Shown: piece after piece, positions 51,609 through 61,796 of the stretch
How the letters are laid out: each line of letters begins with the position of its first letter
How positions within the stretch are numbered: the first letter of the stretch is position 1
Origin: Nitrososphaeraceae archaeon
GTDB lineage: Archaea; Thermoproteota; Nitrososphaeria; Nitrososphaerales; Nitrososphaeraceae
NCBI GenBank assembly: GCA_044870765.1
Contig: JBIOZG010000017.1
Span: forward strand, 9,628 to 73,627
Length of the DNA stretch: 64,000 nt
Reading direction: 5' to 3'
Notes under the pieces: model-generated
The model's input: the letters and a program-made list of their open reading frames with translations, nothing else
What the model was told of the DNA's origin: nothing
Databases searched by the model: none
Translations under genes and position numbers: made by a program

Positions 51609-52840
51609 CTATTAGCAACATTAGTCTATTCATTGGCGAAAATCTTGAATACATCAATAAAGGATATGTAGTAGTCAAAAATGGAATAATAGAAAGTGTT
51701 GGCACAGGAGATTATAAGGGAAGGTCCGATGGAGCAATTTACGATGGAGAAGGCATATTAGCAATTCCGGGATTTATTAATGCTCATACACACATTGGTG
51801 ATTCCTTTGGAAAGGACATTGGAGTTGACTCGACATTTGAGACAAGGATCCATCCGATTTATGGTATCAAAAATAAGATCCTGCGAAAGAGCGAAAGAAA
51901 GCATTTAGTCAATTTCATGAGAAGTTCTGCAATGTCTATGATGAGAAATGGCATAGTTGCATTTGCAGATTTTAGGGAGGGCGGACTTGAAGGAATAGAT
52001 CAAATTAAAGAAGCAATATCAGGATTATCTATAAAAGGTATTGTGTTGGGCAGACCAGAATTTTACCACGACATATCGAAAGATTTTGTCATAAATCCAA
52101 AATTGCCACCAGGTGTAATAGAACTTATTTTTCAGATTGCCAACGCAGCTGATGGATTAGGCATAAGTGGAGCTAATGAGAACACAGATAATTCATTGAA
52201 TGAGTATGGAAAAGTAATCCATGAAAATTCTTTGAAAAAAAAATTTTTGATAGGTATTCATGCTGCTGAATCACTTGAAACAACAAAGAAATCAATTACC
52301 GTGACAGGGAAAAGCGAGGTTCAAAGAATAGTATCAAAGCTCTTGCCAAATTTTGTTGTACATTTAACACATGCATCTGATGTTGATATTGAACTTGTTG
52401 CAAGAAAAAAAATCGGAATTGTTGTTTGTCCTAGGGCAAACGGCACTCTTGGTGTTGGAATACCAAGAATTTCCAAGATGTTAAGTTCAGGATGTTGTGT
52501 TGGTATTGGTACAGACAACATTATGATTAATTCTCCGGACATGTTTCGTGAATTAGATTATGTCTGGAAAGTGTCCAGGACATTCGCGGATAGGCCAATT
52601 CCTGCACGAGAGATCCTAAAAATGGCCACAGTCAACGGAGGAAAAATACTCGACATAAATTCTGGAGCCATATTGACTGGCAAGTCTGCGGATATTATAT
52701 TTATCGACAAAAACAATTTGGATATTTCACCAATGCATGACCCTCATGTTTCCGTAATACATAGAGCAAATGCAAGCTGTATTCTCAATGTTATGATAAA
52801 TGGTAAATTTATAGATGGAGATGAATTTGGTTGTATGTAG
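51599..52840 (+). CDS. metal-dependent amidohydrolase (deaminase-like)
   Basis: PGFINAHTH, HAAE, VHLTH, CPRAN, GTDN; overlaps both neighbours by 10 bp. Confidence 0.88.
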   Translation: MALTISNISLFIGENLEYINKGYVVVKNGIIESVGTGDYKGRSDGAIYDGEGILAIPGFINAHTHIGDSFGKDIGVDSTFETRIHPIYGIKNKILRKSERKHLVNFMRSSAMSMMRNGIVAFADFREGGLEGIDQIKEAISGLSIKGIVLGRPEFYHDISKDFVINPKLPPGVIELIFQIANAADGLGISGANENTDNSLNEYGKVIHENSLKKKFLIGIHAAESLETTKKSITVTGKSEVQRIVSKLLPNFVVHLTHASDVDIELVARKKIGIVVCPRANGTLGVGIPRISKMLSSGCCVGIGTDNIMINSPDMFRELDYVWKVSRTFADRPIPAREILKMATVNGGKILDINSGAILTGKSADIIFIDKNNLDISPMHDPHVSVIHRANASCILNVMINGKFIDGDEFGCM

Positions 52841-53478
52841 TCCTAAACGCAGCAATGTCAATAGATGGTAAGATTACTACTAGGAAAAACGATTCGTCAA
52901 TTTCTTCTAAAATTGATTGGGTACGTGTCCACAAATTAAGATCCACTGTAGATGGTATAGTGATTGGGATATCAACTATCTTGAAAGATGATCCTATGTT
53001 AAATGTAAGATACGCCAAAACGGTAAAGAATCCCGCAAGAATTATTATTGATTCAAAAGCAAGAATTCCATTAGATTCTAGAATTATGAGGTCATCAAAG
53101 AAAATTGAAACATTCGTGGCCGTAACTCATGATGCTTCTTTAAAGAAAATTAAGGAAATAGAAAAGAAAGGCGCCAAAGTATTAGTCATAGGTAGAAAAA
53201 AAGTGAACATCATAAATCTATTTCAACATTTAGAAAAAGTAGGTCTCAAAAAGGTACTCGTCGAGGGAGGAGGAGAAATTAACTGGTCTGTCTTAAAATT
53301 GGGTCTTGTCAACGAATTAATAGTTACGATTGCGCCGATAGTAATTGGCGGCAGAGATGCAAAGACATTAGTTGAGGGTGAAGGAATTTCCTACATCTAT
53401 AATGCAATTAGAATGAAGCTGGTAAAATCAATAATACAAGACAAAAAAGAGATTGTTTTAATTTATAAGCTACGATGA
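52831..53478 (+). CDS. arfC: 2,5-diamino-6-ribosylamino-4(3H)-pyrimidinone 5'-phosphate reductase (RibD_C/Rib7/ArfC)
   Basis: AMSIDGKI, HKLR, TILKDDP.L.VR, LVEGGGEIN; no deaminase domain. Confidence 0.92.
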   Translation: MYVVLNAAMSIDGKITTRKNDSSISSKIDWVRVHKLRSTVDGIVIGISTILKDDPMLNVRYAKTVKNPARIIIDSKARIPLDSRIMRSSKKIETFVAVTHDASLKKIKEIEKKGAKVLVIGRKKVNIINLFQHLEKVGLKKVLVEGGGEINWSVLKLGLVNELIVTIAPIVIGGRDAKTLVEGEGISYIYNAIRMKLVKSIIQDKKEIVLIYKLR

Positions 53479-54000
53479 TATTTCTTCTTTGGAGCTAATA
53501 TCCAATAGAATCTGTTCTATCTTGTATCTTAAAGCATCTTTAACCTTTTCGTTGTTTACCATATTTAGGGGATTTTTGCAGTTTGGACATTTGAAGAATA
53601 ATTCCATTGCGTAATCGAATTTTATTCTTGGACAATTTGTACTCCCACAATGGTAAAATTCCGAGGATTCTTCATATTCCAATCGTTTCTGAAGCCTATC
53701 CAGAATCTTTTTTTTCTGATTTTCTATAAAGTTTTCCGCTTGATCTCTTTTTGCTCTCCACCGATATACAAACCATCCTTTTTTTTCGTCCTTGACTCGA
53801 ATACCAGTAATTAGTGCTTTACCAAACATGTCATACAACACCTTTCTGATTATATTAATTCGCATTCCCGTAGCTCCGGCTATTTCTTCATCAGTAGCAT
53901 CTTCTGTATTCAGTAGGGCCCTTGCAACTTTATGATATTCTTCCCCGCCTATCAGACTGGCTATCTTGACAAATGGATCTTCATTTTCGGTTGAGTGCAT
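53470..54000 (-). CDS. tfe: transcription factor E (TFE alpha)
   Basis: TDEEIA...IRKVLY...GWFVYRW; FYHC..C...FKCPNC. Confidence 0.93.
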   Translation of the reverse strand: MHSTENEDPFVKIASLIGGEEYHKVARALLNTEDATDEEIAGATGMRINIIRKVLYDMFGKALITGIRVKDEKKGWFVYRWRAKRDQAENFIENQKKKILDRLQKRLEYEESSEFYHCGSTNCPRIKFDYAMELFFKCPNCKNPLNMVNNEKVKDALRYKIEQILLDISSKEEISS

Positions 54001-54279
54001 TCACATTATAATACGTCTTTTTTAGTTATATATTTACCGTCAATTCGCGGAAGACCATAATTTTGATAAACATTTGAAATGGTTTCAAGTTCTAAATTGC
54101 CTAATCATAGCAAATGAAAACTATCCTATAGTAGGATATGTTATTGCAAATGGTATAAAAATGGTATTTCATGTGATAAATAAATGCTCAAATGCCTAGA
54201 ATAATCGCAATTTATTCGAACATTTAATTCAATTTTATACTAGTCATATATTATTACTTATCATAATATAGAATATTTA

Positions 54280-54957
54280 CTACATGGTGGGCTCTTTAAT
54301 TACTTTGAGGCCACCATCTTCTGTAATCTCTATACCCATTATGGCTAGAATTCTTTTGGCGTCAGTCTCCCTTTCTCTCCCTATAATGTTCCTCGCCATT
54401 TTTAGCCTATATCTTGGTATCCAATGCTGTCCTATCTTATATTTACCACGAAGATCAACCGGAACAACTTTCAAAACCGAAACTTCCCTAACTGATCCCA
54501 TGTTTGAAGAGAGAGGTTCATAGCCTCCCTCTTTTTGGTATTTCTTCATCAATGCATTCAAAGCAATTGCCTTTTCATCGGTATTTTGAACAACAGATGC
54601 CGTTCCTTTGATAACAACGCTAATGTACAGTGTATCAGCCTGTGAAGCGTCGGTAGGATGAAAATAATACGATGGCAAGAAACAAACATAAGAATCAACC
54701 TCAAATCCGACCTTTGAGTTTCTTTTGATGTTTTGAATTTTTTCTCCGATTGGGTAAGAGTGCATGTATATTGAACCAAAATTTTTAGTATCTGACTGAG
54801 TATCAATCTGATTATTCTTAACATAGGCAAAATTCATTGGTATTATCTGCGGATAACCATTTTCATCAATAGACGCAACTCTGCCAACTTTTTCTTCATT
54901 GAGAAAGTTAATGATATTAGAGAAAGATTTTATTTCTAACTTTGGTATAAGCTGCAT
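54280..54957 (-). CDS. pyridoxamine 5'-phosphate oxidase-like flavin-binding protein (NimA-like)
   Basis: GRVASID.NGYPQIIPMNF, IYMHS..GEK, VGFEVD, YISVVIKG. Confidence 0.85.
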   Translation of the reverse strand: MQLIPKLEIKSFSNIINFLNEEKVGRVASIDENGYPQIIPMNFAYVKNNQIDTQSDTKNFGSIYMHSYPIGEKIQNIKRNSKVGFEVDSYVCFLPSYYFHPTDASQADTLYISVVIKGTASVVQNTDEKAIALNALMKKYQKEGGYEPLSSNMGSVREVSVLKVVPVDLRGKYKIGQHWIPRYRLKMARNIIGRERETDAKRILAIMGIEITEDGGLKVIKEPTM

Positions 54958-55048
54958 ATAAAGATCTGGTGTGCAGTAGTATAATTAAATTACTAAATTT
55001 ATTTTTCCTTATTTCAGCGACGCAACAAGTTATGCGAAAATTTTTAAA

Positions 55049-55927
55049 TTGTCGACCTTAACCATAAGTATGAAAGGTAATAAAACGGCACTGGTTACCG
55101 GATGTTCTTCTGGAATTGGATATGCTACTTGCCTCTTACTGGCTCGTAACAACTTTAAGACATACGGTTCTGTGAGAGATTTGTCGAAAGCGAAAAAAAT
55201 TCAAGAGGTGATAGACAAAGAAAAACTCCCTCTGAAAATAATACCGCTTGACGTAAACGATCCAGAGTCTATTAATAAAGCTGTTCGAGACATTCTTTAC
55301 GATTCGGGAAAAATCGACGTTCTAATCAATAACGCAGGTTATGGTATGTTTGGTCCGATTGAAGATATTATAATTGAGGATGTAAAGCTACAATTTGAGA
55401 CCAACTTTTTCGGAGTAGTCAGGCTTATTAAGGCAATAGTTCCTATAATGAGGAAACAAGGATATGGAACCATTGTTAACATTAGTTCAATGGTGGGGAG
55501 ATTTGGAGTTCCCCTTAACGCTGCATATGTGTCTAGTAAATTTGCAATAGAAGGTCTATCTGAATCTATTTCATATGAATTAGCGGAATTTGGAATAAAG
55601 GTTATAGTAGTTGAACCTGGAGTTGTAAAAACTAATTTTTTTCAGAATCTAAAGATCAAGGGAATTGATACCAATTCGCCATATTATGAATTAATGAAAA
55701 AGAGAGTTTCATTCCTAAAAACTGCAATGAAAAATAGCCCTACTTCTAGCAGTCAAGTAGCAAATACCATACTACATGCATTGAATTCTAAGCATCCTGA
55801 TTTTAGATATGTGATTGGAATGGACGCTAAAAATTCTATTCAAAAGAAAGAGTTTCTATCCGATAGAAAATTCATGAAATGGGTAAGTGAGGGTATATTT
55901 CAGGCAAAGCCCTTTTCAAGAAAATGA
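55049..55927 (+). CDS. short-chain dehydrogenase/reductase
   Basis: TGCSSGIG, NNAGYG, YVSSK. Confidence 0.93.
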   Translation: MSTLTISMKGNKTALVTGCSSGIGYATCLLLARNNFKTYGSVRDLSKAKKIQEVIDKEKLPLKIIPLDVNDPESINKAVRDILYDSGKIDVLINNAGYGMFGPIEDIIIEDVKLQFETNFFGVVRLIKAIVPIMRKQGYGTIVNISSMVGRFGVPLNAAYVSSKFAIEGLSESISYELAEFGIKVIVVEPGVVKTNFFQNLKIKGIDTNSPYYELMKKRVSFLKTAMKNSPTSSSQVANTILHALNSKHPDFRYVIGMDAKNSIQKKEFLSDRKFMKWVSEGIFQAKPFSRK

Positions 55928-55934
55928 CTCCATG

Positions 55935-56594
55935 TCATTGAGCCTTATCAAAATATTTACGTACTCCAACAATCACGGGATCAAGATACCTTGAAAATGA
56001 AATTGACAAAAGCGAAATTCCAACACCAAGCAATATACCTCCTACGACATCAAACAAAAAATGATCACCTACGTAAATTCTTGAAATACATACCAGTGCT
56101 GCTTCAGCTGCCAGTATTAACGAAAATAAGAGCTCCTTTTCCTTTCTGAACAATATTAACAAAATCGCCGCACCGGCACTAACGATAGAAGCATGACCCG
56201 AAGGATACGCAAAATCATTCTTTGGAAGAATACCAAGTTCCTGGACTTCGATAGATGGACGAGGTCTTTCAAAAAAATACTTGAATAATGTGTTAAGAGG
56301 CATAATTATCAAAAAAGAAATTACAATGATTAAAGCAATTTTTTTCCCTTTCCACCCCGTAAAAATACTCATAAACACGATTACAGCTGCCCAAACTATT
56401 TCTCTTCCATATGTTGACAACATTATCATAAAGTGGTCTATTAGATTGGAATGAGAATTATAGATAAAAGATGACATTGCTTCATCAAATTCAATAACAT
56501 CCTGGTTTTGATATCCTAGTTTAGGTGAAAGCATTACACCCAATATTATGAATGCAGCAATGCATATGATAGACGTAAAAATATATTTCAACAC
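55935..56594 (-). CDS. PAP2 family membrane phosphatase
   Basis: K...RPRP, YPSGH, SRIYVGDH. Confidence 0.92.
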   Translation of the reverse strand: MLKYIFTSIICIAAFIILGVMLSPKLGYQNQDVIEFDEAMSSFIYNSHSNLIDHFMIMLSTYGREIVWAAVIVFMSIFTGWKGKKIALIIVISFLIIMPLNTLFKYFFERPRPSIEVQELGILPKNDFAYPSGHASIVSAGAAILLILFRKEKELLFSLILAAEAALVCISRIYVGDHFLFDVVGGILLGVGISLLSISFSRYLDPVIVGVRKYFDKAQ

Positions 56595-56899
56595 AACATC
56601 ATGAGATTAGATACAATATATTTCATGATATCGCAAGGGTATTTTTCTCTTTGTTTTATTAGAAAAATATATGATTTCGAAATATGTGATTTCGAACTTT
56701 GGTTCAATATATGTGCGATATGTGGATAACTATATTGATCCCATCGTGAGGTTTTTCTTCAAATATTCTTATAGAATATGGCGTTACTCTTTGGGGTAGC
56801 CCACTTTAGTGTAGCCTGTTACCAAGAGTGATTTTACTATCATCGTATCAAGAGCTACTTGTCAAAAGGTTAAAATCCTTAATGATTCATTTCAAGTTA

Positions 56900-57016
56900 A
56901 TGCAAAAGTGCAGTAGATGCAATAATGATGCGAAGGTTACATATACTTGTGATCATACTAATAATCTCGAGGTGTGCTCAGAATGTTATCAACAGATCCA
57001 TTGGGAAATGACTTGA
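56900..57016 (+). CDS. 38-aa Zn-finger microprotein
   Basis: MQKCSRCNNDAKVTYTCDHTNNLEVCSECYQQIHWEMT (ATG at 56900, inside track ORF 56828..57016). Confidence 0.6.
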   Translation: MQKCSRCNNDAKVTYTCDHTNNLEVCSECYQQIHWEMT

Positions 57017-57076
57017 CCAATTTATGTGGCATATTCTTGGATTCTCATATTGTTAACTAAATTTAATGGTTCAGAA

Positions 57077-57382
57077 TTATCTCTTGTTTATTATGGCCAA
57101 AAAGAATAATACAAGGATAGAGAGTCCCATTGAAGGTAACACAATATCGGTAAATGGATTGTCTAATGATAAGCTATGTTCGAGGTATTCGTAAAATAGG
57201 AAGATACCAAAAAGAAGAAATGCTATAATAGCATAAATGAGTTTTCTTAAATGTGTGTTTCTATAGGCAGAAATAGACAGAGCTATTAGTATAGCAGCAA
57301 AGATGGTTCCGACAATATACAGTATATTTTCTACTATCTCAAATAATCCATTTTCAAGAACTAAAGATTCCAAATTACTCAC
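57077..57382 (-). CDS. small three-TM membrane protein
   Basis: Hydrophobic; LSISAYRNT..RKLIY; 5 bp downstream of the HTH gene. Confidence 0.75.
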   Translation of the reverse strand: MSNLESLVLENGLFEIVENILYIVGTIFAAILIALSISAYRNTHLRKLIYAIIAFLLFGIFLFYEYLEHSLSLDNPFTDIVLPSMGLSILVLFFLAIINKR

Positions 57383-57387
57383 GATAG

Positions 57388-57939
57388 CTAGTTATTTTCT
57401 TCGGCTTCGGATAAAGACAGGAACATTTCAACCAGTCTACTGCTCCATTTACTCCAAAGATTGGGATTGTGTTTCTTTAACAGTTCAACTATGTATCTAG
57501 AATCGATTGAATTATCACGGAGCTTATATCTCTTGAACTTTCCTTCCCTCACTTCGTCTATTAGATTTAAATCAATCAAACGCCTTACGTGCCAGTTTAT
57601 AGAAGGTGCCGAGATACCCAATTTTTTAACAATATCAGTTTGTGTAGGATATCTTTGGTCAACAATAAACAGAATTATTTCTCGCGGAGTTTCTTGATTT
57701 AACACTTGAAGTAGAGTCTTCTCATGCTCTTGAAAAGCACCGGATTGAAAATGTAACTTATAAAGACCTTGCCTCGTTGACGTAATCTTGCCACCTTTCT
57801 GAAGCTGATAAGAGTGATATTGAACTGAGCCCATCGATAAATCCAGCTCATTTCTAATCTGACGGAGATAACAACCGGGATTTGTTTGGATAAATCGAAA
57901 TATCCTTTCTTTGTTTGAATTTGATTCCTTTTTTCGCAT
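57388..57939 (-). CDS. tandem winged-helix transcriptional regulator
   Basis: IQTNPGCYLRQI..ELDLSMGSVQYH and TQTDIVKKLGISAPSINWHV. Confidence 0.88.
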   Translation of the reverse strand: MRKKESNSNKERIFRFIQTNPGCYLRQIRNELDLSMGSVQYHSYQLQKGGKITSTRQGLYKLHFQSGAFQEHEKTLLQVLNQETPREIILFIVDQRYPTQTDIVKKLGISAPSINWHVRRLIDLNLIDEVREGKFKRYKLRDNSIDSRYIVELLKKHNPNLWSKWSSRLVEMFLSLSEAEENN

Positions 57940-58057
57940 ACCTGCCCGGACTCTCCCTGAATAGTCATCATCAAGTCATTCGGACTATTAATTGATTCCA
58001 TTTTGTCACTCTTGTCCTATTTTAATAGTACAATTCTCTAAATATCATCGATGCTTC

Positions 58058-59665
58058 TTATTTCAAAGTATTAACTCGACTAAGATACCAGTTTATTCTC
58101 TTTTCCAAGAACTCTAACTGAGATTCATTAATTTTTCCCTTGCGGTGTAAAAAATTCAAATCCCTTTGGATTTGTTCTAATTGTTTTATACATTCTTCTT
58201 TGTTGTTTTTCGACAACATTTCATATGTATAGTCTATATTTGTTAGATTTCTCTTAAAGGACAATCGAGATTTCTGTCTGTAGAACCAACCCCCGATTGT
58301 TGATACGAGTCCTATTATCACAGAAGTTAGTACAATAAACGTTTCAGTCAGAATTGCTCCTTTGAAATTGGCAGTAATAGTTTCATAGCCAGTAACGTTA
58401 AAAATTACGGGGTTTTCATTTGTATTATTTGTTACAGACCAATGTCCAAAATCATATCCCCTGTCAGGTATTGCTTCACACTTGACAGTCGAATTGATAG
58501 GCAATGTCGTAGACTCACCAGCTCCTAGAATGATATCATTACATTTTACATTTCCCGAATTCTCAGGTTTAATATCAATAAATATTTTAGCAATAATTTT
58601 GTCAGTCTTTCCATCGATTGTCATTATTCCATTTGTCCTAGTATTAGTTAGATAAGTGAAATTCGTAACTGGATCTATTGCCAGTTTACTCGCTATCAGT
58701 GGGAACGTTACTTTTAGGGGGATATTAATGAAAGGATTATTAACTCCTGATGCAATAATTGCCGGCTCCAAAGAAATGTTTTCAATCACCTTATTCGTCT
58801 CTCCATTAATAACGCTAACAGAATTATCCTCCAGATTATTAACATAAATCTTGTTTGTTCGTGGATTAACTGCAATTCCGACTGGGTTGTCTTTTACCTT
58901 TATATTGGTTTCTAGTTTGCTGGATGTTCCATTTATAACACTTACAGATTGATTCAAGAAATTTGACACATATATCGTATTGGTTTGAGTATTGATAGCT
59001 AGTGCAGAAGGTTTTGAACCAACTGGTATAGTTGATACTAGTGTATTGTTATTTCCATCTAGAACTAAAACACTATTCTTGCCTAAATCTGAAATGTATA
59101 CCTTGTTTGTATGTGGATTCACAATGATATCATATGGTGATAAAGCATATTTCAACGATTCTTTTACCTTATTTTCAATTGGATCTATTTTACTAATAGT
59201 TTTTGAGTCCAAGTTTGCTACGTAAATCCAGTTTGTAGCTAAATTAATCCCTAATCCTACAGGAGAATTTCCCACAGGTATCTCAGTAAGTTCTTTATTC
59301 GTAAAACCGTCGATTACGGAAATTGTGTTAGATTCTCTGTTGGAAGCATATATTCTGTTGGAGAACGGATTTATCTCTACATCATATGGAGAATTGCCCA
59401 CATCGATATTTGCTTCTACCTTGGATTTCTCGGTGTCGATTACTGATATCGTATTCGAAAATTGATTGGCAACATAGAGTTTGTTTGTTATTGGATTAAT
59501 ATCAATTCCCACAGGAAAACTTCCCGAAGGGATTATAGGATCGGATTTTAGTGATATTACATTCTGATCATCATTCTCCTCTTGTGCATAGATGACAATT
59601 ACGAAAATACTAAACAGGAATACAATAGCTAGTAAAAAATAAAAAAACTTTGGCAAATATTTCAA
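58058..59665 (-). CDS. YVTN/YncE beta-propeller surface protein with C-terminal TM and cytoplasmic domain
   Basis: Repeated P.GI.INP.TNK.YV.N..SNTISVID units; signal peptide; Ig-like GYDFGHW segment; TM near the C-terminus. Confidence 0.9.
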   Translation of the reverse strand: MKYLPKFFYFLLAIVFLFSIFVIVIYAQEENDDQNVISLKSDPIIPSGSFPVGIDINPITNKLYVANQFSNTISVIDTEKSKVEANIDVGNSPYDVEINPFSNRIYASNRESNTISVIDGFTNKELTEIPVGNSPVGLGINLATNWIYVANLDSKTISKIDPIENKVKESLKYALSPYDIIVNPHTNKVYISDLGKNSVLVLDGNNNTLVSTIPVGSKPSALAINTQTNTIYVSNFLNQSVSVINGTSSKLETNIKVKDNPVGIAVNPRTNKIYVNNLEDNSVSVINGETNKVIENISLEPAIIASGVNNPFINIPLKVTFPLIASKLAIDPVTNFTYLTNTRTNGIMTIDGKTDKIIAKIFIDIKPENSGNVKCNDIILGAGESTTLPINSTVKCEAIPDRGYDFGHWSVTNNTNENPVIFNVTGYETITANFKGAILTETFIVLTSVIIGLVSTIGGWFYRQKSRLSFKRNLTNIDYTYEMLSKNNKEECIKQLEQIQRDLNFLHRKGKINESQLEFLEKRINWYLSRVNTLK

Positions 59666-59748
59666 ATAAGCAATTTAGGTTTAATGGATATAAAAAGTAA
59701 CTACTAGGTATTATCTAGATTTAGCAACAATTAGTTCCTATTGACTCT

Positions 59749-59970
59749 TTACGACTCAGATTTTGGCTTAAAACGAAGTATGATTCTAAAAATAATACCC
59801 AGAATTAATATGATAACACCTGCGATAATGAACATAGAACCATTTAATGTCCACGATGGATTATTGTACATAAATGAGCTTGGAGGACCCAACATTGATT
59901 TAGATTGTGCCGTAAAAATTAGACCTGCTATAATAAGTGCGATTCCAATAATCTCAACAATTATTTTCAT
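59749..59970 (-). CDS. small two-TM membrane protein
   Basis: GLIFTAQ...GPPSSFMYNNPSW between two TM helices. Confidence 0.75.
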   Translation of the reverse strand: MKIIVEIIGIALIIAGLIFTAQSKSMLGPPSSFMYNNPSWTLNGSMFIIAGVIILILGIIFRIILRFKPKSES

Positions 59971-60189
59971 GCTCTACCAGATACATATTTAGGACTTGGA
60001 TATGTATACGTTATCTATTTTCTTAGTAACCTAGTAGGCGTCATAAAAGACGCAAAATTGCCAAACTAAAATTTCTAATTTGTAACGATTAGACAGAATT
60101 GTTAGTAGTTTGAATATCAGATGGCCAGATGTCAGATGGCTAAGTTTTAATACCCATAAGGTCTGCGTCATGGGTGCATGTGCTAGAGC

Positions 60190-61098
60190 TTGATAAAATA
60201 TAAACTTAGCAACTCAAATTTAATTATTGGATACCTCTCGGCAATTGTCGCTGCTTTGCTATTTGGTTCCGTCTCTACCCTAGCAAAACCTATAGTGTCA
60301 GAAATAGATCCTATTATCCTGTCATCAATCATTTATCTTATCGCTGGAGCATTTTTTACTCCTAGCGCCCTAAGAACACATTCAAAAATTACAGCTAAAT
60401 ATTACGCTCTTATTCTAATAAGCGCGGTAGCCGGTGCAGCTATAGCACCTATAATTTTCTTTATTGGGTTAAGTCAAAGTACAGCAACAGACACGTCACT
60501 ACTTGCAAATGGAGAAACTGTTTTTTCCATTTTATTTGCATTGCTTATTTTTAGAGAAAGATTGAGACCTCTAGGATATATTTCAGTTATATTGATACTG
60601 ATTGGAGTATTTTTAGTAACTACAAATCTTGATTTTAATAGTCCATTATTTAGAATGAATATAGGCAATGTGTTGGTTATCTTAGCAACAATGATTTGGG
60701 GATTCGACAACAATATTTGTAAGATTATAGCTCGGCAAATAGACGTGTCAAAACTTATTCAGTTAAAGGCCCTTATAGGAGGGCTGATACTAATAGGAAC
60801 GGTCTTCATATTAGGAATTCCTTTCAAGATTCAAAGTGAACAATTACTGCCTATTGTCATTTTAGCTGTCTTTGGATTTGCTATATCACTATATCTATAT
60901 TTACATAGCATAAAGAGAATTGGAGTAGTTAAGGCTTCATCTTTGTTATCTCTATCCGCCGTATTTGGATTGGTTTTTGCAACCATATTTCTTCATGAAA
61001 TCATTGGTGTCAGTCAGATCATTGCTATTACGATTATGATATTTGGAATTCATTTAATGTACTCCTACGAAAAGAAAGATCAAATGATCCTCAAGTGA
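60190..61098 (+). CDS. DMT/EamA family transporter
   Basis: About 10 TM in two repeats; GL..STAT..SLLANGE, FRER, LHE. Confidence 0.9.
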   Translation: MIKYKLSNSNLIIGYLSAIVAALLFGSVSTLAKPIVSEIDPIILSSIIYLIAGAFFTPSALRTHSKITAKYYALILISAVAGAAIAPIIFFIGLSQSTATDTSLLANGETVFSILFALLIFRERLRPLGYISVILILIGVFLVTTNLDFNSPLFRMNIGNVLVILATMIWGFDNNICKIIARQIDVSKLIQLKALIGGLILIGTVFILGIPFKIQSEQLLPIVILAVFGFAISLYLYLHSIKRIGVVKASSLLSLSAVFGLVFATIFLHEIIGVSQIIAITIMIFGIHLMYSYEKKDQMILK

Positions 61099-61350
61099 AA
61101 TTTTGCAAAGTTATTCTGGTTATAGATACTGACTGGTCATTGCAATACTCAGGCGACAAGGTAAAAAATCACAACATAGCTTACATTACTGTCTTGTTTT
61201 TATGGAACTCTGTTTAACGGGATGTTGAGGAAAAAAATATGTTTCTATTGTGCCGATTAGAAAAAATGAATAAGAATATGGGTATTATTTTCATTTTTGG
61301 GTGTGTTATTTTAACACTTAATAATATCGCAATCCTAGGATAGTATAATC

Positions 61351-61671
61351 TTGTTCCAAGAAATAAAATCAAAGAGTCTAACCGTTGATGATATTGTACC
61401 TAAATGGGCAAATAAAATTAGTGTGGTATGGCAAACGGGATTTCCATTTCCATTGTCATTGAGATGGTGGAGGTGGTATTTTTCACTTGACAGTCCTGCA
61501 AAATGCATTATAGGTGAAGCTCATGGTTATTCATCGCAATATGAAAATGAATGTAATATATGTGACAGTATCGGCTGGGACTTTGGGCACTCTTTTCTTA
61601 TGAGGTCAAGGAAAGATTTCTTGGCCAATGTTGAAAAGTTTGTGGCGCACTGGAATGAAAAACACATCTGA
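61351..61671 (+). CDS. hypothetical Cys/His protein
   Basis: CIIGEAHG, CNIC, HWNEKH. Confidence 0.7.
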   Translation: MFQEIKSKSLTVDDIVPKWANKISVVWQTGFPFPLSLRWWRWYFSLDSPAKCIIGEAHGYSSQYENECNICDSIGWDFGHSFLMRSRKDFLANVEKFVAHWNEKHI

Positions 61672-61796
61672 CAAAGATAAAAGCAAATTTGACGAGCTCA
61701 AAGTTTCTGGGAAAATTGAGAATTACAAAATTATAGATGATGTTCATTTTTTGATAATAAATCATTACTATTATTGGTAACTAGGAATCCATTGAT

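Noticed and set aside
60118-60176. CAGATG(G/T)C short repeats and an ACCCAT/ATGGGT stem upstream of the EamA gene as a riboswitch
   Set aside because: Does not match any riboswitch consensus I can recognise; too short to distinguish from chance
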